Assembly (NCBI GenBank): GCA_035685165.1
Contig: DASRBI010000011.1
Coordinates: 32,402-96,401, forward strand
DNA from: Acetobacteraceae bacterium
GTDB lineage: Bacteria; Pseudomonadota; Alphaproteobacteria; Acetobacterales; Acetobacteraceae
Direction: 5' to 3'
DNA: 64,000 nucleotides
Positions 38,194-46,366 of this stretch are shown here, piece by piece. Positions within the stretch are counted from its first letter, which is position 1; each line of letters begins with the position of its first letter. Below the pieces are notes generated by a model, which saw nothing but the letters and a program-made list of their open reading frames with translations, was not told the origin of the DNA and did no database searches. The position numbers and the translations under genes were made by a program.

Positions 38194-39201
38194 GTGGCGG
38201 AAGCGGCCGGACCGACACTCGTAACCGGGGCAACGGGTTTTGTGGGCTCGGCGGTCGCGCGCGCCCTCGCCGCGCGCGGGCACCGGCTGCGGCTGCTGGC
38301 GCGCGCCTCCAGCAGCCGCGCCAACCTGGAAGGGCTCGCGGATGCCGAGATCGTCGTCGGCGACCTGACCGAGCCGGCGAGCCTCGCCCGCGCGGCGGCG
38401 GGCTGCGCGTCGGTGTTTCACGTCGCCGCCGACTATCGCATCTGGGTGCCCGACCCATCGGCCATGCTGCGTGCCAATGTGGACGGCACGGTCGCCATGA
38501 TCCGTGCCGCGCAGGCGGCAGGAGCGGCGCGGATCGTCTATTGCAGCTCGGTCGCGGCCCTCGGGGTCAGCGCGGACGGCACCCCGGCGGATGAGGCAAC
38601 GCCGGTCGCACCTGAGAGCATCATCGGCCCCTACAAACGCTCCAAATACGAAGCCGAGCAGGCCGCCCGCGCGCTTGCCGCCCAGGGCGCGCCGGTGGTG
38701 ATCGTCAACCCGGCGGCGCCCGTGGGTCCGCGCGACATCAAGCCGACGCCGACCGGCAAGATGGTGCTCGATGCAGCCGCGGGTCGGATGCCCGCCTACA
38801 TCGAGACCGGGCTCAATGTCGTTCATGTGGACGACGTGGCGGAGGGCCATGTGCTCGCCGCCGAGCGGGGCCGGATCGGCGAGAGCTATATCCTGGGCGG
38901 TGAAAACCTGCGGCTGCAGGAGCTGCTGACCCTGATCGCCTCCGAGGCGGGCCGGCGTCCGCCTTCGATCCGCGTTAATACCGAACTGGTGTGGCCGCTC
39001 GCCACAGTTATGGAGGCACTGGCGCGGATCGTGCCGTTCGAACCGCCGTTCACGCGCGACCATCTGCGGATGGCCCGCAAGCTCATGTTCTATTCCGCGG
39101 CCAAGGCCGAACGCGAGCTCGGCTACCGCGCTCGTCCGGCGCGCGAAGCGGTGCTCGACGCCATCGCCTGGTTCCGCGCCACGGGGCGGCTGCGCGCATG
39201 A
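38194..39201 (+). CDS. hpnA: hopanoid-associated NAD-dependent sugar epimerase/dehydratase
   Basis: LVTGATGFVGSAVARAL...FHVAADYR...YKRSKYEAE. GTG start with aggag upstream. ATGA overlap with hpnB. Confidence 0.8.
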   Translation: MAEAAGPTLVTGATGFVGSAVARALAARGHRLRLLARASSSRANLEGLADAEIVVGDLTEPASLARAAAGCASVFHVAADYRIWVPDPSAMLRANVDGTVAMIRAAQAAGAARIVYCSSVAALGVSADGTPADEATPVAPESIIGPYKRSKYEAEQAARALAAQGAPVVIVNPAAPVGPRDIKPTPTGKMVLDAAAGRMPAYIETGLNVVHVDDVAEGHVLAAERGRIGESYILGGENLRLQELLTLIASEAGRRPPSIRVNTELVWPLATVMEALARIVPFEPPFTRDHLRMARKLMFYSAAKAERELGYRARPAREAVLDAIAWFRATGRLRA

Positions 39202-40316
39202 CGGTCCTCGCCGCGCTGGCGCTGGCGATCTGGCTCTATCTGCTGTCGGCGCATGGTCGCTTCTGGCAATCCGGCCCCGCACTGGCGCCCGTGCGGCCAG
39301 AGACCGCCCCGCCGGCCGCGATCGTCGTGCCGGCGCGCGACGAGGCCGCGAGCATCGAGCCCGTGCTGCGTTCTCTGCTCGCCCAGGATTATCCGGGACG
39401 CTTTCGGGTCATCCTTGTGGACGACCAGAGCACGGACGCTACCGGCCTCGAGGCACGCGCGCTCGCCGATCCGCGGCTGGCCGTCCTCGACGGCACGGAC
39501 CGGCCGACGGGCTGGAGCGGCAAGCTGTGGGCGGTCGCGCAGGGGGTGGAGGAAGCGAGCCGCGGCGGCGCCGAGCTGATCCTGCTCACGGATGCTGACA
39601 TCGTCCACGACAGGCAGCACCTAGCGACACTGGCCGCGAAGGCGGAGCGGGATCGCCTCGATTTGGTCTCGGAGATGGTCGCGCTGCGCTGCGAGGCACT
39701 GCCCGAGCGGGCACTGGTGCCGGCCTTCGTCTATTTCTTCCAGCTTCTTTACCCGTTCGCGCGCGTGAACGATCCGCTGTCGCGGACCGCAGGCGCGGCG
39801 GGCGGCACCATCCTGATCCGCCGCGCGGCGCTGGACCGGATCGGCGGGATCGAGGCCGTGCGCGGTGCGCTGATCGACGATGTGGCGCTCGGGGCGGCGG
39901 TGAAGCGCGGTGGGCCGGTCTGGCTCGGCCATAGCGAGCTTGCCCGGTCCGTGCGGCCCTATCCGGGATTTGCCGACATCTGGCGCATGGTGGCCCGCAC
40001 CGCCTATGTGCAGCTTCGCTTCTCCCCCCTTCGGCTGGTGTTCTGCGTGCTCGGGATGACGCTCACCTTCATCGTGCCGCCGCTCGCGGCGCTCGCTTGG
40101 CGCGGCGCGGCGGGCTGGATGGGTGCCGCGGCCTGGGCCGGGATGGCGGCGTCCTATCTGCCCACGCTGCGCCGCTATAGGCGCTCCCCGCTCTGGGCGC
40201 CGTTCCTGCCGATGATCGCCCTGTTCTACACGGCCGCCACCATCGGCTCGGCGCTCTCGCATCATCTCGGCCGCGGGGTGGTGTGGAAGCACCGCGCCTA
40301 CCAGGGCGCGGCATGA
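39198..40316 (+). CDS. hpnB: hopene-associated family-2 glycosyltransferase
   Basis: From MTVLAALALAIWLYLL...IVVPARDEA...VILVDDQSTD...LLTDADI...GGTILIRRAAL, with C-terminal TM segments. Confidence 0.8.
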   Translation: MTVLAALALAIWLYLLSAHGRFWQSGPALAPVRPETAPPAAIVVPARDEAASIEPVLRSLLAQDYPGRFRVILVDDQSTDATGLEARALADPRLAVLDGTDRPTGWSGKLWAVAQGVEEASRGGAELILLTDADIVHDRQHLATLAAKAERDRLDLVSEMVALRCEALPERALVPAFVYFFQLLYPFARVNDPLSRTAGAAGGTILIRRAALDRIGGIEAVRGALIDDVALGAAVKRGGPVWLGHSELARSVRPYPGFADIWRMVARTAYVQLRFSPLRLVFCVLGMTLTFIVPPLAALAWRGAAGWMGAAAWAGMAASYLPTLRRYRRSPLWAPFLPMIALFYTAATIGSALSHHLGRGVVWKHRAYQGAA

Positions 40317-41149
40317 GCGAGGCGCTGAGCGTCGAAGCGTGGTCGGGCAAGGACCGCGGCGACGAGAATTTCCCGGTCGGCTCGCTGTTGATCTGCCGCG
40401 CGCTGCGCCCGCACGTGCACGCCTTCTACGCCTTCGCCCGCAACGCCGACGACATCGCCGACAGCCCGGTGCTGGCACCCGCGGACAAGGTGGCGCGGCT
40501 CGATCTGATGCAAGACGTGCTGCTCGGGCGGCGGGAGGCCGGCTCGCCATCTGCGCTGCGGCTGCGCGCGAGCCTCGCCGAAACGGGCGTCACCACGCGG
40601 CATTCGACCGACCTGCTGATCGCCTTCCGCCAGGACGCCACCAAGCGGCGCTACGCGAGCTGGAACGAGCTGCTCGATTATTGCCGCTACTCCGCTATGC
40701 CCGTGGGGCGGCACGTGCTCGACCTGCACGGCGAGGATGCGGCGACACACGCGCCCTCGGACGCGCTCTGCGCAGCGTTGCAGGTGCTCAACCATCTGCA
40801 AGATTGCGCGAAGGATTTGGCCGCGCTCGACCGCTGCTATTTGCCGCTCGATCTCATGAGCGAGCACCGCACCGGCATCGACGATGTGCGCGCGCCTGCG
40901 ACGAGCCCGGGATTGCGCCGTGTGTTCGACGCCCTGCTCGATCGCGTCGCCGCGCTGAACGAACAGGCGCTGCTGCTTCCCGCGCGCTGCCGCGACCGGC
41001 GGCTGCGGCTGGAGACCGCGGTCATCGTCGCGCTGTCGCGGCGGCTGGCGCGGCGGTTGCGCGCGGGCGATCCGCTCGCGACCCGTGTGAAGCTCACCAA
41101 ATCGGACGTGCTCGGCGCGCTCGCCGAGTCGCTTAGATATCTCGTGTGA
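40313..41149 (+). CDS. hpnC: squalene synthase HpnC (hydroxysqualene synthase type)
   Basis: ENFPVGS...YAFARNADDIADS...CYLPLD. ATGA overlap with hpnB and GTGA overlap with hpnD. Confidence 0.8.
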   Translation: MSEALSVEAWSGKDRGDENFPVGSLLICRALRPHVHAFYAFARNADDIADSPVLAPADKVARLDLMQDVLLGRREAGSPSALRLRASLAETGVTTRHSTDLLIAFRQDATKRRYASWNELLDYCRYSAMPVGRHVLDLHGEDAATHAPSDALCAALQVLNHLQDCAKDLAALDRCYLPLDLMSEHRTGIDDVRAPATSPGLRRVFDALLDRVAALNEQALLLPARCRDRRLRLETAVIVALSRRLARRLRAGDPLATRVKLTKSDVLGALAESLRYLV

Positions 41150-42000
41150 GCACGCTCGATTGCGCCCCGGAGGACTTGGCGGCCGTGGAGGCGGCCGTCC
41201 GCAACGCCGGCACCTCGTTTTATCAAGGGATGCGCGTGCTGCCGCCGGACCGGCGCATGGCGATATACGCGATTTACGCCTTCTGCCGCGACGTGGATGA
41301 CATCGCTGACGAGCAAGGCACTCTTGCAGAAAAGCGGCGCTGTCTCGATGAATGGCGGGAGCGCATCGCCGCTCTCTATCGCGGCGAGGCGGCGGATAGC
41401 GCGGTCGCGCGCGTGCTGCGCGCCGCCATCGGCCGGTTCGGGCTGCGCCAGGAGGATTTCCAGGCGGTGATCGACGGGATGCAGATGGATGCCGAAACCG
41501 CCATCGTCGCCCCTGCCCTCGCCACGCTCGATCTTTACTGCGACCGGGTGGCCGCCGCGGTCGGGCGCCTGTCGGTGCGCGCCTTCGGCGATTCGTCCAC
41601 GGCAGCGGACCGTGTCGCCTACAATCTGGGCCGGGCGCTGCAACTCACCAACATCCTGCGCGACTTGAAGGAAGACGCGGCGCGCGGCCGGCTTTACCTG
41701 CCGCGCGAATGGCTGAACGAGGCCGGCGTGCCGGCCGAGCCGCAGGCCGCCCTCGCCTCACCGGACCTCGGCGTGGTGTGCGAGCGGATGGCAGCGCAGG
41801 CGGCGGAGCATTTCAGGGCCGCAAGGGCGGCGATGGCGGCGTGCGACCGGCGGGCGATGAAGCCCGCAAGGCTCATGGCCGGAAGCTACGCGGGGATCCT
41901 GGCGGCGCTGCGGCGGCGCGGCTGGAGGCGGCTCGATCAGCCGGTTTCCCTGCCGCTCTGGCGGAAGCTGTTGCTTGGGTTGCAGGCGCTGGCGCCCTGA
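41146..42000 (+). CDS. hpnD: presqualene diphosphate synthase HpnD
   Basis: SFYQGMRVLPPDRRMAIYAIYAFCRDVDDIADE...YCDRVAAAVG...TNILRDLKEDAARGRLYLP. Confidence 0.8.
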   Translation: MSTLDCAPEDLAAVEAAVRNAGTSFYQGMRVLPPDRRMAIYAIYAFCRDVDDIADEQGTLAEKRRCLDEWRERIAALYRGEAADSAVARVLRAAIGRFGLRQEDFQAVIDGMQMDAETAIVAPALATLDLYCDRVAAAVGRLSVRAFGDSSTAADRVAYNLGRALQLTNILRDLKEDAARGRLYLPREWLNEAGVPAEPQAALASPDLGVVCERMAAQAAEHFRAARAAMAACDRRAMKPARLMAGSYAGILAALRRRGWRRLDQPVSLPLWRKLLLGLQALAP

Positions 42001-42916
42001 ACAGGGCGCCGAGGAACCCGGTCAGCCCCGCCCATTGCTGGCTTGCGTAGCTGCCGCTCGCCAGCGCCTCGCGCGCGCCGGGCACGCCGGTCGGCACAAA
42101 ATCGCGGGAAAAGTCGGCAGTCCCGAACAGCATGTCCCACCAGGGCAGCACCGCGCCGTAATTGCAGCTCCGCCGCCCCGCCGCCCGCACGCCGTGATGG
42201 GCGCGGTGAAAGCGCGGCGAAACCAGCAGCCGCTCGCCGAACCAGCCGAAGGAGATGCGGGCATTGGCGTGCGACAGGCTCTCGATGAAGCGCAGCACGA
42301 GCACGAGCAGCGGGAACTGCATCGGCGGCACGCCGATCACGAGCGCCACGGCAGTGAACCAGAGGAAGGCTATGACGTCATCGAGGATGTGGTTCCGGTC
42401 GTCGGACCAGAACGTCATCTGCCGCTGCGCGTGATGCAGCGCGTGCAGCTCCCACCACCAGCGGAAACTGTGCGACAGCCTGTGCCGCCAGTAGTCGGCG
42501 AAATCGAGGATCACCGCGTAGCAGAAGAAGGTCAGTACTGGCTTGCCGAGCAGGAATGGTGCGGCCGTCTCCAGCATCGGCGGCACCCAGCCGTGATCGG
42601 CGAGCCAGCCGTTCATGCTCGTCTGCACTTGATAGAACAACACGAACGTGACGAGCGGCAGCACGCCCACGCGCGCGATCAGCGTGTAAAGGACATCGAC
42701 CGTCACCACCCGCCGGTCGGGCCAATGCTCCACGGGGCGCCAGCGTTCGAGCGGCAGGCAGATCGCATAGGTCAGCGCAACCTGCACGAGCCCGTATACC
42801 GCAAACAGCGCCCAGCCGAAGGAGATTTCCTCCCAGCGCATCAGGCCGAGCGCGTAAAGCGCCGGGAGCACCAAGTGCTCCTGTACCCATCCAGCAGTGA
42901 GATCGAACGGGTTCAC
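41873..42916 (-). CDS. fatty acid hydroxylase / sterol desaturase family di-iron membrane protein
   Basis: His boxes HRLSH, HALHH and HRAHH, with N-terminal TM segments. The last ~42 codons are antisense to the hpnD 3' end, and no earlier stop exists in this frame. Confidence 0.75.
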   Translation of the reverse strand: MNPFDLTAGWVQEHLVLPALYALGLMRWEEISFGWALFAVYGLVQVALTYAICLPLERWRPVEHWPDRRVVTVDVLYTLIARVGVLPLVTFVLFYQVQTSMNGWLADHGWVPPMLETAAPFLLGKPVLTFFCYAVILDFADYWRHRLSHSFRWWWELHALHHAQRQMTFWSDDRNHILDDVIAFLWFTAVALVIGVPPMQFPLLVLVLRFIESLSHANARISFGWFGERLLVSPRFHRAHHGVRAAGRRSCNYGAVLPWWDMLFGTADFSRDFVPTGVPGAREALASGSYASQQWAGLTGFLGALFRAPAPATQATASARAAGKPADRAASSRAAAAPPGSPRSFRP

Positions 42917-42923
42917 TGGCGTC

Positions 42924-43889
42924 TCAGCCCCCGAGCGCGACCTTGGCCGGGGTCGGCGCGCGCGGATTGAGGAAGATGCCGTGCGGAGAGCGGCCGACCG
43001 GGATGTCGGTGATCGCCCCGGTGGCCGGGTCGAGAACGGCGACCGATTCGGCGAAGCGGCGCGTGATCCAAACCTTCCCGTCCGACGCGAACGCCAGATC
43101 GTCCGGCCCGCCGGAAATCTGGAAGGAGCGGATCGGCGTCAGCGTATCGGCGCGCAGTTCCTCCGTCGTGCCGGCGACGCGGTTATTGACCCACAGCACC
43201 TTGCCGTCCGGCGAGAGGAACAGATTGTGGGCGCCGCGGCCGGTGACGACATGGCGCAGCACCTTGCCGTCTGCGGGATCGAGCTCTGCCAGGTAATCGG
43301 TGCCCATGTCGGCGACCAGCAGCTTGCCGTTGAGCCAAAGCACGCCGGCCGGGGTGTTGCCGACCTTCACCTGCCACAGCTCCTTCATCGCGCCGAGGTC
43401 GAACGCAATCAGCGCGTTGGCACCCTGAAGGGTAACAAAGACGCGGCGCGAATCGGGCGAGAAAGCGAGGTGGCTCGGCATCGAGCCGGTGCGGAAGCGA
43501 TGCAGCAGCGTGTAGGTGGCGGCGTCGTACACGTCCACCTGATTGCGTGCGAGACCATTAACCACGAGCAGCTTGCCGTCCGGGCTGAAGCCGAGTTGAT
43601 AGGGATCGGCGCAGACAACGCGGCGCTCGAGCGCGCCGGTCTGCGGATCGAGCAGCAGCAGCGCGTTGCCTGCCGAATCGCCCACGACCAGCGACTTGCC
43701 ATCGGGCGACAGCGCCCAATGGTGCGGCTCGCGCAAGGCCGGCACGCGCCCGATCTCCTTCTCGGTGCTCATGTCGATCAGGCTGAGCGACGCCGCCCCG
43801 GAGTTCATCACCACGGCGAGTCCGGCCGCGGCGGCGGGCAGCGGCGCCAGCGCGGCGCAGGCGAGGATCAGGCGGCAGAGCAGGCCCAT
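42924..43889 (-). CDS. secreted YVTN/YncE-like beta-propeller repeat protein
   Basis: Signal peptide MGLLCRLILACAALAPLPAAAAG. Repeated SPDGK-hydrophobic-V blades (SPDGKSLVV, SPDGKLLVV, SPDSRRVFV, SPDGKVLWV, ASDGKVWI). Confidence 0.65.
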   Translation of the reverse strand: MGLLCRLILACAALAPLPAAAAGLAVVMNSGAASLSLIDMSTEKEIGRVPALREPHHWALSPDGKSLVVGDSAGNALLLLDPQTGALERRVVCADPYQLGFSPDGKLLVVNGLARNQVDVYDAATYTLLHRFRTGSMPSHLAFSPDSRRVFVTLQGANALIAFDLGAMKELWQVKVGNTPAGVLWLNGKLLVADMGTDYLAELDPADGKVLRHVVTGRGAHNLFLSPDGKVLWVNNRVAGTTEELRADTLTPIRSFQISGGPDDLAFASDGKVWITRRFAESVAVLDPATGAITDIPVGRSPHGIFLNPRAPTPAKVALGG

Positions 43890-43904
43890 GCAATCTCCGG
43901 CTAC

Positions 43905-45242
43905 CTAGCCCGACTCGGGCGCCCGGCTCCCGGCCGCGCCGCGCGCGAAAACCGCGATGCAGAAGGTGAACAGGACGCTGGCCGACGTCGAGATCAGCAC
44001 GTTGTCGGTCCAGGCATGGCACGCGAAGGCGACAAAAACCAGCCGCATGATGACGCGCTCGGCGAATTGCAGCCTGCGCGTATGGCGCCAGGCCCACAGG
44101 GCGAACCAGAGGACGAGCAGCGCCCGGCCGATCTGCCCGCCCTCCACCTCCATCCGCAGCCACTCGTTGTGCGCGGCCCAGGTGTGCATCAGCTGGATCA
44201 CCTCAGACCGAGGCGGCACCACCAGGTTGCCGGCGCCCACCCCCCATCCGAACCAGGGAGAGCTCTGCGCGGCGCGGGCGAAATAGGGCCAGAGCGCCGC
44301 GCGCCCGCTGAGATCGCCCGCATCGTCGTTCAGCAGCAGGTTGAACACGCGGAGCGACTCGAGCGAGGCGGCGGCGGCCAGGAACACCGGGATCGCGGCG
44401 GCGCCCGCCAGCAGCACAAGCCGGCGCGCGGAGGGCGAAACCGCTGCCGACGGCACGAAGGCAAGCGTCGATCCGACTACCAGGGCGCCATAGAGCAGCG
44501 GCGCCCGGGCACCGGTCAGCAGCAGAACGGCAAAGTTCGCGGCCAGCAGGGCGAGATCGCGGTCGCGGCCTTGGCGGTAGTATTCTATCAGGCAGGCATA
44601 GATCGCGGTCAGCGCGGCGCCCGCCAGGAAGGCCGGATGCCCGGTCGCGGCAAGGCGCAGCCCGCCCGAGTCGATGAACAGGGGGCGGAGGCCCGCCACA
44701 TCGAGCGCCGCGCCGGCCGCAACCGCGACCAAAGGGGCGATTTTGGCGGCGCGGATGATCCCGGCGCACCAGCGCGGCCCGGGCCGGGCGAAGGCGAAGG
44801 CATAGGGCGCGGCGGAACCGACCAGCGAGCGCAGGCTGTCGGCGACCGTGAGACCGGGAAACAGGCCGTGCGCCAGTCCGGCCACGAACATCGCGGCGAA
44901 GGCGAAGCCCGGATTGAACGGATCGGCGGCGGGGCCGAACCGCATCGCGCAGAAGAGCGCCAGCAGAAGCCCCGTGCCTTTCACCGCCGCGATGGTGGGC
45001 TGAAACGCCTCCGGGCCGATCCAGTCGTGCAGTGCCATTTCGGGCGTGCAGGCGGCGAGCACGAACCAGCAGGCGCTGACCAGTTCCAGCCGCCGCCAGA
45101 CGACCAGCAGCGCACCCGCCGCGAGCCCGCCCGTCATAAGCACCCAGAACGCCGCGGGAAACAGCCCGGCGCAGATCGCAGCGGCCCCCAGAAACATGGC
45201 CAGCGCGACAGCGGCGGACTGGCGGAGGGCGAGATCGCGCAT
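43905..45242 (-). CDS. O-antigen ligase/polymerase-like (Wzy_C) polytopic membrane protein
   Basis: About 10-12 TM segments. Wzy_C-type loop motif HTWAAHNEWLRMEVEGGQIG (H-N-x-[WY]-L-x4-E-x-G). Confidence 0.65.
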   Translation of the reverse strand: MRDLALRQSAAVALAMFLGAAAICAGLFPAAFWVLMTGGLAAGALLVVWRRLELVSACWFVLAACTPEMALHDWIGPEAFQPTIAAVKGTGLLLALFCAMRFGPAADPFNPGFAFAAMFVAGLAHGLFPGLTVADSLRSLVGSAAPYAFAFARPGPRWCAGIIRAAKIAPLVAVAAGAALDVAGLRPLFIDSGGLRLAATGHPAFLAGAALTAIYACLIEYYRQGRDRDLALLAANFAVLLLTGARAPLLYGALVVGSTLAFVPSAAVSPSARRLVLLAGAAAIPVFLAAAASLESLRVFNLLLNDDAGDLSGRAALWPYFARAAQSSPWFGWGVGAGNLVVPPRSEVIQLMHTWAAHNEWLRMEVEGGQIGRALLVLWFALWAWRHTRRLQFAERVIMRLVFVAFACHAWTDNVLISTSASVLFTFCIAVFARGAAGSRAPESG

Positions 45243-45317
45243 CCGCGCAGCCTGCCACGTCCCTGTTTAATGCCGGGTTTACCGGCTACGGTCGCCGCAA
45301 TGGTGAGGGAGGAGAGG

Positions 45318-46238
45318 ATGGACGGTCATCGCGTTGTCGCCACTGGGCTGAGCTTCCCCGAGGGGCCGGTCGCGATGCGGGACGGCTCGGTGGTACTGGT
45401 CGAGATCGAACGCCAAAGCGTCAGCCGCGTGCTGCCTGACGGCCGCGTGGAGGTCGTGGCCCGCACGGGCGGCGGCCCGAACGGCCTCGCCCTGGGGCCG
45501 GGAGGCAGTTTCTATGTCTGCAACAATGGCGGGTTTTCCTGGCGCTATGACGGGCGGATGCCGATCCCGGGCACCGCCTCCACCGATTACGAGACCGGCC
45601 GCATCGAGCGCGTGGATCCGGCAACCGGCGTTGTCAGCCGCCTCTACGACCGCTGCGGCGTCCATCCGCTGCGCGGCCCGAACGACCTCGTGTTCGACAA
45701 CCAGGGCGGATTCTACTTCTCCGATCCCGGCAAGCGCCGCGCCCGCGACCGCGACTGGGGCGGGCTCTACTACGCGAAGGCCGATGGCTCGGCGATCACC
45801 GAGGTGGCCTACCCGATCCTGACGCCGAACGGCGTCGGCCTGTCGCCCGACGGGCGCACGGTCTATGTCGCCGAGACCGAGACGGCGCGGCTCTGGGCCT
45901 TCGACCTGGAGGCGCCGGGTGTTGCGCGCAAGCAGGGCTTCCCCTCGCCGCATGGCGGGCGGCTGATCGCGGGCCTCGGCGGCTTCTGCCGCTTCGACAG
46001 CCTCGCCGTGGACGCCGCCGGGAATGTGTGCGTCGCCACGCTCGTGACCGGCTGCATCAGCGTCATCGCGCCGGACGGGCGCATCGTGCGGCAGGTGCCG
46101 ACGGGCGATCCGATGACCACCAATATCTGCTTCGGCGGCCCGGATCGGCGCACAGCCTTCATCACGCTCTCCGGCAAGGGCCAGCTCATCGCGATGGACT
46201 GGCCCGAGCCGGGCCTTGCGCTGGCGCACGAAGGTTGA
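45318..46238 (+). CDS. SMP-30/gluconolactonase/LRE family protein
   Basis: C-terminal 306 aa of the 1113-aa track ORF. FPEGPV...GGGPNGLALGPGG...PNDLVFD...PNGVGLSPDG...DSLAVDAAGNV. ATG 45318 is preceded by gggaggagagg. Confidence 0.8.
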   Translation: MDGHRVVATGLSFPEGPVAMRDGSVVLVEIERQSVSRVLPDGRVEVVARTGGGPNGLALGPGGSFYVCNNGGFSWRYDGRMPIPGTASTDYETGRIERVDPATGVVSRLYDRCGVHPLRGPNDLVFDNQGGFYFSDPGKRRARDRDWGGLYYAKADGSAITEVAYPILTPNGVGLSPDGRTVYVAETETARLWAFDLEAPGVARKQGFPSPHGGRLIAGLGGFCRFDSLAVDAAGNVCVATLVTGCISVIAPDGRIVRQVPTGDPMTTNICFGGPDRRTAFITLSGKGQLIAMDWPEPGLALAHEG

Positions 46239-46366
46239 GGCTCGGACACGCGGTGCGCCACTGATGGCGGCTCGATCCCGGCTGGCTCTCTGCGGGTTCC
46301 TCTCCGCCGCGCCGGCCAGGCTTGGCCTAGCCAAGCACGGCATGACTGACAAATATGACGGGTGGC

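Noticed and set aside
42897-46238. The longest ORF in the window (1113 aa, plus strand).
   Set aside because: Its first ~807 codons are antisense to three well-supported minus-strand genes and translate to Arg/Gly/Ala/Pro-rich low-complexity text. Only the last 306 codons (from ATG 45318 with a good RBS) look like a real protein of the SMP-30/gluconolactonase family. Long open antisense frames are expected at this GC content.
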